Below are positions 1 through 9,950 of a stretch of 64,000 bases of DNA, in pieces. The notes under the pieces were generated by a model. That model saw nothing but the letters and a program-made list of their open reading frames with translations, was not told where the DNA came from and ran no database searches. Numbering within the stretch: the first letter of the stretch is position 1; each line of letters starts with the position of its first letter. The DNA is taken from positions 62,001 through 126,000 of the forward strand of contig NZ_JABEMC010000004.1 in NCBI RefSeq assembly GCF_013004595.1, read 5' to 3'. The translations under genes and the position numbers were made by a program. This stretch comes from Brevibacterium luteolum. GTDB lineage: Bacteria > Actinomycetota > Actinomycetes > Actinomycetales > Brevibacteriaceae.

Positions 1-757
1 AGTCGAGTTCCTGGAAGGTCTGCAGGATCTCCGGGGTCAGCCACGATTGGTCGGTCTGCGGATCGAAGCGCGGGAACTCGCCTTCCTTGACGGTGCCCTG
101 ACCGGACTCGGCATCCTCAGCGTCGCCGGGGTTGCCGGCCGGGCCGGGCACGGTGCCGGCATCGCTGGGCTGCTGGGCCGTGACGTCGGCACCTTCAGTG
201 CCGGTCACTGAACCGGCGCCGCCCTGTGCTGGCTCTTCTTCCGCGGGGGCCTCTTCATTGCCCTGGTCCTTGAGCAGCTCCTCGAGCTGCTTCTTCTCCT
301 CATCGGTGGCGTCGTTGCCCTCCTCGCCCTGCTCTTCGGCAGGCTGCTCGCCGGTGTCCGGCTCGGGAGGTGCGACGACGGCAACACGGCGGAACACCAT
401 CTGTGCCGAGGAGCGGACGAGCTCACGGGTCTGCTCGTCCGGGTTGCCCGGCAGGTTGACGATGATGTTGCGGTCGCCCTGCGTGGTGATCTCAGCTTCG
501 GACACACCAGTGGAGTCGACGCGCTGGCGGATGATCGCCACCGCCTGCTCGAGCTGCTCCTGGGTGATGCGCTGATCCTCCAGCTGCGGCTCGAGGATGA
601 TGGAGGTGCCGCCTTCGAGGTCGAGGGCGAGCTTCGGGGTCCAGGAGGCGTTCGACCAGATGGCCCCGCCGCCGATGAGGGCGACGAGGGCCAGCGTGAA
701 GATCGTCAGCCACGCAAAGCGCAGTCCCGGACGGGGCTTGTCTGCGGAAGTTGACAC
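1..757 (-). CDS. secD: Protein translocase subunit SecD, N-terminal part (runs off window start)
   Basis: Manual translation from GTG at 757: MSTSADKPRPGLRFAWLTIFTLALVALIGGGAIWSNASWTPKLALDLEGGTSIILEP...AVAIIRQRVDSTGVSEAEITTQG. Contains the SecD LxLDLxGG motif and lies downstream of yajC. Confidence 0.93.
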   Translation of the reverse strand, partial: MSTSADKPRPGLRFAWLTIFTLALVALIGGGAIWSNASWTPKLALDLEGGTSIILEPQLEDQRITQEQLEQAVAIIRQRVDSTGVSEAEITTQGDRNIIVNLPGNPDEQTRELVRSSAQMVFRRVAVVAPPEPDTGEQPAEEQGEEGNDATDEEKKQLEELLKDQGNEEAPAEEEPAQGGAGSVTGTEGADVTAQQPSDAGTVPGPAGNPGDAEDAESGQGTVKEGEFPRFDPQTDQSWLTPEILQTFQELD

Positions 758-781
758 AGGGGATCTTTCGTTGGGATGTGA

Positions 782-1273
782 TCAGGCCTTGAAGTCGTCA
801 CCGCGGTCATCGCGGCGCGGGTCATCGAGGTCGTTGTCGGACGTGTAGTCGCCGCCGCCGTGGTTGCCGCCGCGGTAGTTGTCGAGGCGATCCGAGTCGT
901 CGAAGCGGTCGTCCGCCAGGCGGTCATCGGAGGCCAGCGTGTCATCGGCAGGCAGGTCGCGGTCGGCATCAGCGGCAGCGGTGTCATCGGACAGCCCGTC
1001 GGTGGCGACACCGGCGGCCGGCTCGATGTGGCCGATGGCCTGCTGGTGGATGCGCAGCACAGTGCCGGGACCGCTCTCGATCGTGACGATGTGGTCCTCC
1101 GGCGAGACGGTGAGCACGGTTCCGTACACACCGAACGTCGTCATCACCTCGGCACCGGGCACCAGATTGGACTTGATGCTCTCCTGGCGGGCCTTCTGCT
1201 TCTTGCGGCTGCTGAACAGGAAGAACAGCATGAGGGCGCCGAGGCCAAGGAAGATGAGTGTTGTGGGATCCAC
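782..1273 (-). CDS. yajC: Preprotein translocase subunit YajC with acidic C-terminal tail
   Basis: N-terminal TM followed by LVPGAEVMTTFGVYGTV (YajC-like); between ruvB and secD. Confidence 0.9.
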   Translation of the reverse strand: MDPTTLIFLGLGALMLFFLFSSRKKQKARQESIKSNLVPGAEVMTTFGVYGTVLTVSPEDHIVTIESGPGTVLRIHQQAIGHIEPAAGVATDGLSDDTAAADADRDLPADDTLASDDRLADDRFDDSDRLDNYRGGNHGGGDYTSDNDLDDPRRDDRGDDFKA

Positions 1274-1346
1274 GAGTGAGATCAGCCTTTCGATATGACG
1301 GGGCTATAGCCAAGAAGTCAGTCTAGTGGCGACGCGGCGGCAATCA

Positions 1347-2435
1347 CTAATCGTCGTCTGTGAACTCGAAGAGAGCCCGTTCGGCGTCCTTCGGGGGTAG
1401 CCCGAGGTGTCGCCAGCCCTGACCTGTGGCGATGCGTCCGCGCGGGGTGCGGGAGATGAGTCCTTCGCGCACGAGGAACGGTTCGGCGACCTCTTCGACG
1501 GTCTCTGGCTCCTCCCCTACGGACACGGCCAGGGTGCGCAGGCCGACAGGTCCGCCGTCGAAACGCTCGCACAGGGCGCGCAGCACAGCGCGGTCGAGCC
1601 GGTCGAGTCCGCGCTCGTCGACTTCGTAGACCTTGAGTGCGGCGCGTGCGGCGTCGTAGTCGACGACGCCGCGGCCGCGGACCTGTGCCCAGTCGCGCAC
1701 TCGGCGCAGCAGCCGGTTGGCGATGCGCGGGGTGCCGCGGGAGCGGGTGGCGACCTCCTGCAGACCGGCGGCATCGGCTTCGATGTCGAGCATCTGGGCT
1801 GAGCGTCGCAGCACAGTGTGCAGGTCCTCTTCGGAGTAGAAGTCGAGGTGGCCGGTAAACCCGAAGCGGTCGCGCAGCGGTGCCGGCAGCAAGCCGGAGC
1901 GGGTGGTCGCCCCGACCAGGGTGAAGGGCGGCAGGTCGAGCGGGATGGCGGTCGCGCCGGGTCCTTTGCCGACGATGACGTCGACGCGGAAGTCCTCCAT
2001 GGCGACGTAGAGCATCTCCTCGGCGGCGCGGGCGACCCGGTGGATCTCGTCGATGAAGAGCACTTCGCCCTCTTCGAGCGAGGACAGGATCGCTGCGAGG
2101 TCGCCGGCGTGCTGGACGGCCGGGCCCGAGGTGACGCGGATCTGGGTGCCGAGCTCATGGGCGATGATCATCGCCAGGGTGGTCTTGCCCAGTCCCGGCG
2201 GGCCGGAGAGCAGCACATGGTCGGGGGCGCGGTTGCGGGCAGCTGCGGCGTCGAGGACGAGGGAGAGCTGTTCGCGCACCTGCGGCTGTCCGGTGAAGTC
2301 CTTCAGGCCCCGCGGGCGCAGCGCGACCTCGGCTGCTCGTTCGGCGTCATCGGCCCCGGCGCGGGTCAGGCGTGCGCTTTCGGCACCGGTGAGGTCGTCT
2401 CCGGTGAACTCGACTTCGTAGCTCGGTTCGCTCAT
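1347..2435 (-). CDS. ruvB: Holliday junction branch migration helicase RuvB
   Basis: [12 protein letters not shown], Walker [48 protein letters not shown]. Confidence 0.98.
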   Translation of the reverse strand: MSEPSYEVEFTGDDLTGAESARLTRAGADDAERAAEVALRPRGLKDFTGQPQVREQLSLVLDAAAARNRAPDHVLLSGPPGLGKTTLAMIIAHELGTQIRVTSGPAVQHAGDLAAILSSLEEGEVLFIDEIHRVARAAEEMLYVAMEDFRVDVIVGKGPGATAIPLDLPPFTLVGATTRSGLLPAPLRDRFGFTGHLDFYSEEDLHTVLRRSAQMLDIEADAAGLQEVATRSRGTPRIANRLLRRVRDWAQVRGRGVVDYDAARAALKVYEVDERGLDRLDRAVLRALCERFDGGPVGLRTLAVSVGEEPETVEEVAEPFLVREGLISRTPRGRIATGQGWRHLGLPPKDAERALFEFTDDD

Positions 2436-3046
2436 ACGCGCCCGCCGATGGACTTGAGGGTGGCCTTGAGCAGTTCAGGTGTCGTCGGTTCGGTGTCGAA
2501 CTCTGCGCGGGTGTCGGCCACGGCCTTCTCCGCCTGCGCCTGCCGCCACCCGAGGTTGACGAGTCCCTCGACGACCTGCGCGGAGACCGCATCGGCACCG
2601 CCGGCCGGGGCCGCGGATGCGGCAGCTGTGCCTGACGGCTGCGGGAAGGAGGTGAGCTTGCCGGCCAGTTCGAGCATGAGCCGGGCGGCGACCTTCTTGC
2701 CGATGCCGGGCACCTTGGTCAGTGCGGCCTGGTTCTCATCGGCGATCGCCTGGCTCAGCTCCTCGGGGCTGAGCACCGAGAGGACTGCCAGGGCGAGGCG
2801 CGGGCCGATGCCGGAGATCGTCTGCAGGGTTTCGAACAGGTCGCGTTCGGCGGCGTCGCCGAATCCGAAGAGGGTCAGTGAGTCCTCGCGGACGACAAGC
2901 ACGGTGTGCAGTTCGATGTCCTGGCCGTGGCGCACGCCAGAGGTCAGGGCCGGGGTGGCGAAGACGCGGCGGCCGATGCCGGCGGTGACGACGGTGAGGC
3001 TGTCGGGGCGCACGCTGGCGACCGTGCCCGAAAGGTAGGTGATCAC
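2432..3046 (-). CDS. ruvA: Holliday junction branch migration protein RuvA
   Basis: [11 protein letters not shown], HhH motifs [10 protein letters not shown] and [12 protein letters not shown]; 4-nt overlap with ruvB. Confidence 0.97.
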   Translation of the reverse strand: MITYLSGTVASVRPDSLTVVTAGIGRRVFATPALTSGVRHGQDIELHTVLVVREDSLTLFGFGDAAERDLFETLQTISGIGPRLALAVLSVLSPEELSQAIADENQAALTKVPGIGKKVAARLMLELAGKLTSFPQPSGTAAASAAPAGGADAVSAQVVEGLVNLGWRQAQAEKAVADTRAEFDTEPTTPELLKATLKSIGGRV

Positions 3047-3059
3047 TCAAGCTCCAGGT

Positions 3060-3075
3060 GTGAACGTATGTACGA
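3060..3075 (-). promoter_or_regulatory. Putative LexA (SOS) box upstream of ruvA
   Basis: Minus strand TCGTAC-ATAC-GTTCAC versus actinobacterial consensus TCGAAC-N4-GTTCGA; just downstream of a TAGAGT -10-like hexamer (3086-3081). Confidence 0.55.
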
Positions 3076-3158
3076 ATACCACTCTAGCCGGTCGCACGGA
3101 CGGAACCGGGCACCTCGGCTCCGGCGTGTGCCGAGGCCAGCACGCCTCGGGCCCGGTG

Positions 3159-3770
3159 TCACCGGCGACGCGGCGTTCCGGCGCTCTTGAGGGCTGCCGC
3201 CCACTGCTGCTGAGCTGGGGTCAGCGAGCTGCCCTGCCGGCCAGCACCCTGCCGGGTGTCGACGTCCTTCGTCGCGCCTGGGGTCGAGCCGGCAGATCCG
3301 GCACCGCGCCACAGGTGGCAGATCGCCAGGGCCAGGGCGTCGGCGGCGTCGGCGGGCTTGACCGGGGCGTCGAGCCGCAGGATCCGGGTGACCATGTTCG
3401 TCACCTGCGCTTTGCCGGCTCGGCCGCTGCCGGTGACCGCGGCTTTGACCTCGGATGGGGTGTGCATGGCCACGGGGATGCCGCGGCGGGCGGCCAGGCC
3501 CATCGTCAGGCCGGATGCCTGGGCGGTGCCGATGATGGTGGAGACGTTGTGGCGGGCGAAGACCCGCTCGATGCTCACGACATCGGGCCGGTGCTCATCA
3601 AGCCACCGGTCGAAGGCGTCGGCCAGGGCCCCGAGGCGGGTGTCGACGGCGCTGGCGCTGGGGGTCTCGATGACGTCGACGGCGACGAGAGCCGGCCGGT
3701 GGATGCGCTCGGCGTCGATGACGCCGATGCCGCAGCGGGTCAGGCCCGGGTCGACTCCCATCACGCGCAT
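3159..3770 (-). CDS. ruvC: Crossover junction endodeoxyribonuclease RuvC
   Basis: [54 protein letters not shown]. Confidence 0.97.
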   Translation of the reverse strand: MRVMGVDPGLTRCGIGVIDAERIHRPALVAVDVIETPSASAVDTRLGALADAFDRWLDEHRPDVVSIERVFARHNVSTIIGTAQASGLTMGLAARRGIPVAMHTPSEVKAAVTGSGRAGKAQVTNMVTRILRLDAPVKPADAADALALAICHLWRGAGSAGSTPGATKDVDTRQGAGRQGSSLTPAQQQWAAALKSAGTPRRR

Positions 3771-3774
3771 CGGC

Positions 3775-4530
3775 TCAGTGGCCGTTCAGCTCGGCGAGCA
3801 CCTCATCGGAGACGTCGGCGTTGGAGTAGACGTTCTGCACGTCGTCGCAGTCCTCGAGCACGTCGATGAGGTTGAAGACCTTCTCCGCGGTCGCCGCGTC
3901 GAGGGGCACCTCGATGTTGGGCACGAAGGAGGCGTCGGCGGAGTCGTAGTCGATGCCGGCTTCCTGCAGTGCGGTGCGCACGGCGACGAGGTCGGTGGCT
4001 TCGGAGATGATCTCGAAGGTCTCGCCGTTGTCGTTGACCTCTTCGGCGCCGGCTTCGAGGGTGGCCTCCATGATCGCCTCGTCATCGGTGCCCTCGGCCG
4101 GGACGACGATGACGCCCTTGCGGTTGAAGTTGTAGGACACCGAACCGGGGTCGGCCATCGACCCGCCGTTGCGGGTCACCGCGACGCGGACCTCGGAGGC
4201 GGCGCGGTTGCGGTTGTCGGTCAGACACTCGATGAGCATGGCGACACCGCCGGGGCCGTAGCCTTCGTACATGATGGTTTCGTAGTCCACCCCGCCGCCG
4301 TCGAGTCCGGCGCCGCGCTTGACGGCGCGCTCGATGTTGTCATTGGGCACTGAGGACTTCTTGGCTTTCTGGATCGCGTCGAACAGGGTGGGGTTGCCTT
4401 CGACGTCGGCGCCGCCGTTGCGAGCTGCGACTTCGATGTTCTTGACGAGCTTGGCGAACAGCTTGCCGCGCTTGGCGTCGATCGCTGCCTTCTTGTGCTT
4501 GGTTGTCGCCCACTTGGAGTGGCCTGCCAC
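3775..4530 (-). CDS. yebC: YebC/PmpR family protein
   Basis: [38 protein letters not shown]. Confidence 0.97.
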   Translation of the reverse strand: MAGHSKWATTKHKKAAIDAKRGKLFAKLVKNIEVAARNGGADVEGNPTLFDAIQKAKKSSVPNDNIERAVKRGAGLDGGGVDYETIMYEGYGPGGVAMLIECLTDNRNRAASEVRVAVTRNGGSMADPGSVSYNFNRKGVIVVPAEGTDDEAIMEATLEAGAEEVNDNGETFEIISEATDLVAVRTALQEAGIDYDSADASFVPNIEVPLDAATAEKVFNLIDVLEDCDDVQNVYSNADVSDEVLAELNGH

Positions 4531-4635
4531 TGATGTCTCCTCGTCTCGGTTGTGCGTGTGTGCCGTCTGGGGCCGGCGTCATCAGCGCCGGGGCCTGCCG
4601 CGCGGCTGTCTGAAGTGTACCGCCGCGACTGGCCG

Positions 4636-5115
4636 CTATTCGAGGACCAGCGGTTCGTCCGGCACGTCCCGGCGCTGCACCATCTCGACCAGGGTCGGCA
4701 GCTGCGGCGGGTAGATGACGTCGGTGGTCGAGCTCAACTCGGACAGCGACCACCACCGGCCCTCGACGATCGAGGCCTTCTCGATGTCGGTCCAGATCGC
4801 CTCGTCGAAGTCGAAGTCCTCATCGCACTGCATGCCGTAGTAGGTCTCGTGCTGGATCGTCGAGTGGTGTTTGAACTCCATGACGAACGACCGGCTGGCC
4901 AGCGGGCCGAGGAGGTCGGCTGGATCGCACTCGATGCCGGCTTCCTCGGAGAGCTCGCGGGCGGCTGTCTGCACGGCGGTCTCGCCGAGCTCGGCACCGC
5001 CACCGCAGGTGATCCACCAGTGCCGTGAATCGTCGTGCATGTCCTTGACATGCAGCAGGAGCACCTCTCCTGCCGGGTTGAGCAGCACGACGCGTGCTGC
5101 GGTGCGGGCTTTCAT
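4636..5115 (-). CDS. NUDIX hydrolase
   Basis: Nudix box GGGAELGETAVQTAARELSEEAGI. ATG at 5115 (MKARTAARVV) is preceded by a purine-rich SD-like sequence; the upstream extension in the ORF track overlaps the peptidase gene. Confidence 0.85.
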   Translation of the reverse strand: MKARTAARVVLLNPAGEVLLLHVKDMHDDSRHWWITCGGGAELGETAVQTAARELSEEAGIECDPADLLGPLASRSFVMEFKHHSTIQHETYYGMQCDEDFDFDEAIWTDIEKASIVEGRWWSLSELSSTTDVIYPPQLPTLVEMVQRRDVPDEPLVLE

Positions 5116-5209
5116 TCTGCTTCCTCTCGGCTGAGCTGGTGCGCCAGCTCGTGTGCGGTCGTTGCATCGGCCTCCCGCCGGGGCTGCGGGGGCGCGGTCG
5201 ATGTCACTG

Positions 5210-7243
5210 TCAGGTGCGCAGGTGCGTGCTCCACCAGGTGAGCATGTGCTCGAAGCGCTGTACGCGGTGCCGCGGCTGGCCTGTGCGGGACAGTCCGTGG
5301 CTCTCGCCGGGGAAGATGAGCAGCTCGGTGTGTGTACCGGCGCGCTGCAGGGCAGCATAGTATCGCTGCGCCTGTTCCAGCGGGCAGCGGAAGTCGCGTT
5401 CGGAGTGGATGACGAGTGTCGGGGTGGTGTTCTTCTCGATGTCCGTCATCGGCGACTGGGCGGCGATCCGCTCGGGGTCGCGGCCGGAGTACTCCTCGCT
5501 GAAGAACCGGCCGATGTCCGAGGTGCCGATGAAGGTCGTCGGATCGAGGTAGCCGCGTTCGACGATACCGGCGGCGAACCGGTCCTCGGCGTTGAGGATC
5601 ATGGCGGTGAGGTATCCGCCGTAGGATCCGCCCTGGATGCCGAGGCGGCTGCCATCGAGCTGCGGGTGGGCGGCCAGTGCGGCGTCGAGGATCGCGAGCA
5701 CATCGGCGTGTGCCGGTGCGGCCATGTCCCCTTGCACGGCCTGTCCCCAGGCGCGGCCGCGGCCGTTGGAGCCACGCGGATTGGCATACACGACGGCGTA
5801 TCCGCCGCCGGTGAGCACCTGGGTCTCGTCGAACAGCGCTTCGGTGTATTGGGAGAACGGTCCGCCGTGGATGTTGAGCACGACGGGGAACGGGCCTTCG
5901 CCCTCCGGAATCGCCACCCAGCCGTGCACATCGCCCAGCGGGGTCGTCGCCGACACCGCCTGCGGGGTGGTGACGGCAAGCGGCTCGTCGACGAACTGCG
6001 TGGCGAAGTCGCTGAGCTGGGTGAGTCCGCCGGCTGCGTCGATGGCGAAGATCTCACCGGGTGAGGTGACGGTGGCTGCGGTGACGATGAGCTGCTCGCC
6101 ATGGCGGCACAGGCCGGTGACGACGAGTTCGGGCGGGCTCAGCAGGGCAGGTGCGCTCTCCGTGCCCGAGGTGCCGGTCGCCTCGGCGCAGGTGAGCTCA
6201 CCGTCTGTCAGGGTCACCGTCCCGGCGTCCAGCGGGATGCGGGCGGCGCGCTGGGAGCCGTCGACGGTGAGGACGACGTAGGCGCACCCGTCGGCGATGA
6301 CCGGCCGGATGCCTTCGAGTTCGATCGTCTCATCGCAGGTGATCCGGGTGGTCTGGCCGGTGGAGCGGTCGTGGATGAAGAGCCCGGGCAGGGCGGCGAC
6401 GAAGTCGATGACCGATGCGCGGTGTTCGATGCCGATGAAGGCGATGCGGTCCTCATCGAGCCAGACGTGGGCGTGGGCGCTGTGCATGCCCAGGTCGATG
6501 CGCTCCATCCCGTCATCGGTGATGAGCCACAGGTGGGAGCGCAGATCGACGTCACCGGTCGGCTGTTCGAGGCCGGCGACGACGCTGAGCTGGCCGGCTG
6601 GACTGAACTGAGGGTCGCTGACGTCCTCGGCGTGCTCGGTCAGCTGCACGGACTCAGGCAGAGTCTCACTGCCGAGCAGGCTCTCGGCGGTCATCCCCGG
6701 GTCGGTCAGGTCGACGGAGAACAGCTGGGTGAGGCGGTCGCCGCCGTAGCCGAGTCCGTCGCTGAGGTAGCTCGCTGCGGTGATATGGCGCGGGGCCTCG
6801 GCATCGGCGCTGATGTCCTCGTCGGTGCCGTAGCGACCCTCTTCGGGTGTGCGGGCAAGGTAGACAGCCCGCTGCCCCGAGGGGTCGAAGGCGAAGCCGC
6901 TGACGCCCAGCGGTGCGTCGGTCAGGCGCCTGGCTTCGGCACCGGTGGCGCCGATGTACAGCTGCGGGGATTCCTTCGGGCCGACCGCGCGCAGGAATCC
7001 GAAGGAATCATCGGTGATCGTCAGTGCGCTGTCGTTCCAGCCGTGGCTGAGACGGGTCCACTCCCCTGCCGTGCCCGTGGCGCCGGCGGTGTTGGTGCCG
7101 GTGACCGGGAGCTGGCGTGCGACGTATTGGAACCGGTAGCTGTTGGCCTCGACGTCGGGGCGGGTGAGCTGGCAGAGGATGCGTTCGCCGGCCGAGACCG
7201 GCTCGGCGCAGCTGATGAGGGAGGTGATGTCGGCTGGTTTCAT
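5210..7243 (-). CDS. S9 family (prolyl oligopeptidase/acylaminoacyl peptidase-like) serine peptidase
   Basis: NIHGGP, NPRGS, nucleophile motif GGSYGG, Asp in SERDFRCP, His in GESHGLSR. ATG at 7243 overlaps the HIT stop (ATGA). Confidence 0.9.
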   Translation of the reverse strand: MKPADITSLISCAEPVSAGERILCQLTRPDVEANSYRFQYVARQLPVTGTNTAGATGTAGEWTRLSHGWNDSALTITDDSFGFLRAVGPKESPQLYIGATGAEARRLTDAPLGVSGFAFDPSGQRAVYLARTPEEGRYGTDEDISADAEAPRHITAASYLSDGLGYGGDRLTQLFSVDLTDPGMTAESLLGSETLPESVQLTEHAEDVSDPQFSPAGQLSVVAGLEQPTGDVDLRSHLWLITDDGMERIDLGMHSAHAHVWLDEDRIAFIGIEHRASVIDFVAALPGLFIHDRSTGQTTRITCDETIELEGIRPVIADGCAYVVLTVDGSQRAARIPLDAGTVTLTDGELTCAEATGTSGTESAPALLSPPELVVTGLCRHGEQLIVTAATVTSPGEIFAIDAAGGLTQLSDFATQFVDEPLAVTTPQAVSATTPLGDVHGWVAIPEGEGPFPVVLNIHGGPFSQYTEALFDETQVLTGGGYAVVYANPRGSNGRGRAWGQAVQGDMAAPAHADVLAILDAALAAHPQLDGSRLGIQGGSYGGYLTAMILNAEDRFAAGIVERGYLDPTTFIGTSDIGRFFSEEYSGRDPERIAAQSPMTDIEKNTTPTLVIHSERDFRCPLEQAQRYYAALQRAGTHTELLIFPGESHGLSRTGQPRHRVQRFEHMLTWWSTHLRT

Positions 7244-7818
7244 GCGGCCCATTCCTTGGAGAAGAGTTCGCGGACGTCGGCATGCACCTGCGGCAGTGCC
7301 TTCGTCTGCGCGATGATCGGCAGGAAGTTCGCGTCCCCGCCCCACCGCGGCACGATGTGCTGGTGCAGGTGGGCGGCGATGCCGGCGCCGGCGATTCCGC
7401 CCTGGTTCATTCCGAGGTTGAAGCCGTGCGGTGATGACACCGCACGGATGACGCGCATCGCGTGCTGGGTGAAGTGCGCGATCTCGATCGTCTCGGCCTC
7501 GGTCAGCTCCGTGTAGTCAGCGACGTGACGGTACGGGCAGATGAGCAGGTGACCGGGGTTGTACGGGTAGAGGTTGAGCACAGCGAAGACGTGCTCGCCG
7601 CGGGCGACGATGAGGCCCTCTTCGTCGTCCTTGCTCGGCGCCAGGCAGAACGGGCACTCCGGGGTGCTGTCGTCCTTGGGCTTGTTCTGCCCGCCGATGT
7701 AGACCATCCGGTGCGGGGTCCACAGCCGCTGCAGGCCGTCGGGTTCACCGGGGAACCCAGCGGCCGCCTCGGGTTCAGGCATCCGGGCGGCTGCCTCGCT
7801 GACGTCCTCGCCGGTCAT
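7240..7818 (-). CDS. HIT family protein (Ap4A phosphorylase-like)
   Basis: [32 protein letters not shown]; conserved position after thrS in Actinobacteria. Confidence 0.92.
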   Translation of the reverse strand: MTGEDVSEAAARMPEPEAAAGFPGEPDGLQRLWTPHRMVYIGGQNKPKDDSTPECPFCLAPSKDDEEGLIVARGEHVFAVLNLYPYNPGHLLICPYRHVADYTELTEAETIEIAHFTQHAMRVIRAVSSPHGFNLGMNQGGIAGAGIAAHLHQHIVPRWGGDANFLPIIAQTKALPQVHADVRELFSKEWAA

Positions 7819-9827
7819 ACCTGCGCCTTCGTCTCGATTGCCTCCACGATCCGCTCGATGGCCTCATCAACGGCGACGCCGTTGTCCTGGCTGCCATCGC
7901 GGAACCGGAACGACACTGCACCAACATCGCGGTCATCACCGCCGGCGATGAGGGTGTAGGGCACCTTCGACTTCGAGGCGTTGCGGATCTTCTTGGGGAA
8001 CCGGTCATCGGAGTCGTCGACCTCGACGCGCACCCCGCGGGCGCGCAGCTTCTCAGCCACCTCGTGCAGGTACGGCGAGAACTCCTCGGCGACCGGCAGG
8101 CAGGTCACCTGCACCGGGGCCAGCCACACGGGGAAGGCGCCGGCGTAGTGTTCGGTGAGCACGCCGAAGAACCGCTCGATCGACCCGAACTTCGCGGCAT
8201 GGATCATGACCGGGCGCTTGCGGGTGCCGTCAGCGGCCTGGTATTCGAGGTCGAAGCGCTCCGGCTGGTTGAAGTCCAGCTGCACCGTCGACATCTGCCA
8301 GCTGCGGCCGAGCGCATCGCGTGCCTGCACGGAGATCTTCGGTCCGTAGAAGGCAGCACCACCGGGGTCTGGGACGAGTTCGAGGCCGGTCTCCAGGGCA
8401 ACGGACTCCAGCACCTCGGTTGCCTCCGCCCACACTTCGTCGGAGCCGATGAACTTGTCCTTCTTCTTCCCGTCCTCATCACGGGTGGAGAGCTCAAGGT
8501 AGAAGTCATCGAGGCCGAAGTCACGCAGCAGCGAGAGCACGAAGTCGAGCAGATGCCGGATCTCTTTGGCGGCATCTTCCTCGGAGACGTAGGAGTGCGA
8601 GTCGTCCTGGGTCAGGGCGCGCACGCGAGTGAGCCCGTGGATGACGCCGGAGGGCTCGTCGCGGTAGACGGTGCCGAACTCGAACAGCCGCAGCGGCAGG
8701 TCGCGGTAGGACCGGCCGCGGGAGCGGTAGATGAGGTTGTGCAGCGGGCAGTTCATCGCCTTGAGCCGGTACGGGGTGCCGGCCTTGACGATCTCACCGG
8801 TCTCCTCGTCGCGGACCTCGTCGACCTGCAGAGCCGGGAACATGTTCTCCCCGTAGTGCGGCAGGTGTCCGGAGGTGTAGAAGAGGGACTCCTTGGAGAT
8901 GTGCGGGGTGCCGACGTAGGAGAAGCCCTCTTCGATGTGCCGGCGGCGCACATAGTCCTCCATCTCGCGCTTGACGATGCCGCCCTTGGGGTGGAACACC
9001 GGCAGGCCGGAGCCGAGCTCGTCGGGGAAGGAGAACAGATCGAGTTCAGCGCCGAGCTTGCGGTGGTCGCGGCGCTCGGCTTCGGCGATGCGGTCCTGGT
9101 AGGCCTTGAGGTCATCCTTCGAGGCCCAGGCGGTGCCGTAGATGCGCTGCAGGGACGCGTTGGCCTGGTCGCCGCGCCAATAGGCAGCCGAGGAGCGGGT
9201 GACGGCGAAGCCCTGGCCGATGTGTTTGGTGCTCGGCAGGTGCGGTCCACGGCACAGGTCCTGCCAGACGGCTTCGCCCTGCCGGTTGGTGTTCTCGTAC
9301 ACGGTCAGTTCGCCGCCGCCGACTTCGATGGATGCCTCTTCGTCGTCACCGGCTTTGGCGCGGTCGTCGATGAGCTGGAGCTTGTACGGTTCGCTGCCCA
9401 TGCGGGAGCGCGCTTCGTCCTCGCTCACGACGACGCGCTTGAACTGCTGGCCCTGCTTGATGATCTGCTTGGCGCGCTTCTCGATCTGCTTGAGGTCTTC
9501 AGGGGTGAAGGGCTCAGCGACGTCGAAGTCGAAGTAGAAGCCGTCGGTGATGAACGGGCCGATGCCCAGCTTGGTGCCGGGGAACAGCTCCTGCACCGCC
9601 TGTGCGACGACGTGTCCGGCGGAGTGACGCAGGATGTTGAGGCCCTCGTCGTCGGCCAGGGTGATGGGGTTGACCACGTCTCCTGGGGACAGCTCACGGT
9701 CGAGGTCGGCAGACGCACCGTTGAGTTCGATGGCGATGACGTCTTTCCGGTCGGCGTACACCGTCGTGCCGGTCATTCCTGCCTCGAATGGGATCTGCTT
9801 GCCCTCGAGTTGAATGGAATCGGCCAC
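7815..9827 (-). CDS. thrS: Threonine--tRNA ligase
   Basis: LRHSAGH, DLCRGPH, RDHRKLG, KAMNCP, GLTRVR, AFYGPK. GTG at 9827 follows SD GAGGAG (alternative ATG at 9848). Confidence 0.98.
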   Translation of the reverse strand: MADSIQLEGKQIPFEAGMTGTTVYADRKDVIAIELNGASADLDRELSPGDVVNPITLADDEGLNILRHSAGHVVAQAVQELFPGTKLGIGPFITDGFYFDFDVAEPFTPEDLKQIEKRAKQIIKQGQQFKRVVVSEDEARSRMGSEPYKLQLIDDRAKAGDDEEASIEVGGGELTVYENTNRQGEAVWQDLCRGPHLPSTKHIGQGFAVTRSSAAYWRGDQANASLQRIYGTAWASKDDLKAYQDRIAEAERRDHRKLGAELDLFSFPDELGSGLPVFHPKGGIVKREMEDYVRRRHIEEGFSYVGTPHISKESLFYTSGHLPHYGENMFPALQVDEVRDEETGEIVKAGTPYRLKAMNCPLHNLIYRSRGRSYRDLPLRLFEFGTVYRDEPSGVIHGLTRVRALTQDDSHSYVSEEDAAKEIRHLLDFVLSLLRDFGLDDFYLELSTRDEDGKKKDKFIGSDEVWAEATEVLESVALETGLELVPDPGGAAFYGPKISVQARDALGRSWQMSTVQLDFNQPERFDLEYQAADGTRKRPVMIHAAKFGSIERFFGVLTEHYAGAFPVWLAPVQVTCLPVAEEFSPYLHEVAEKLRARGVRVEVDDSDDRFPKKIRNASKSKVPYTLIAGGDDRDVGAVSFRFRDGSQDNGVAVDEAIERIVEAIETKAQV

Positions 9828-9899
9828 GTCGGTACTCCTCGTTGTCATTGGTGATGGCGGTCGGTGAAAGTCTACCGCTTCTGGTGCCTGGCAGAAGCG

Positions 9900-9937
9900 G
9901 ATGGGCTGAGGTTCCGCTACCGGAACCTCAGCCCATC
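9900..9937 (-). terminator. Perfect 17-bp hairpin, probable terminator of the upstream membrane protein gene
   Basis: GATGGGCTGAGGTTCCG-CTAC-CGGAACCTCAGCCCATC. Confidence 0.75.
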
Positions 9938-9950
9938 ACAGGTGGTCAGA

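Noticed and set aside
8064..9854. 596-aa plus-strand ORF opposite thrS
   Set aside because: Antisense shadow of a highly GC3-biased gene; no motifs.
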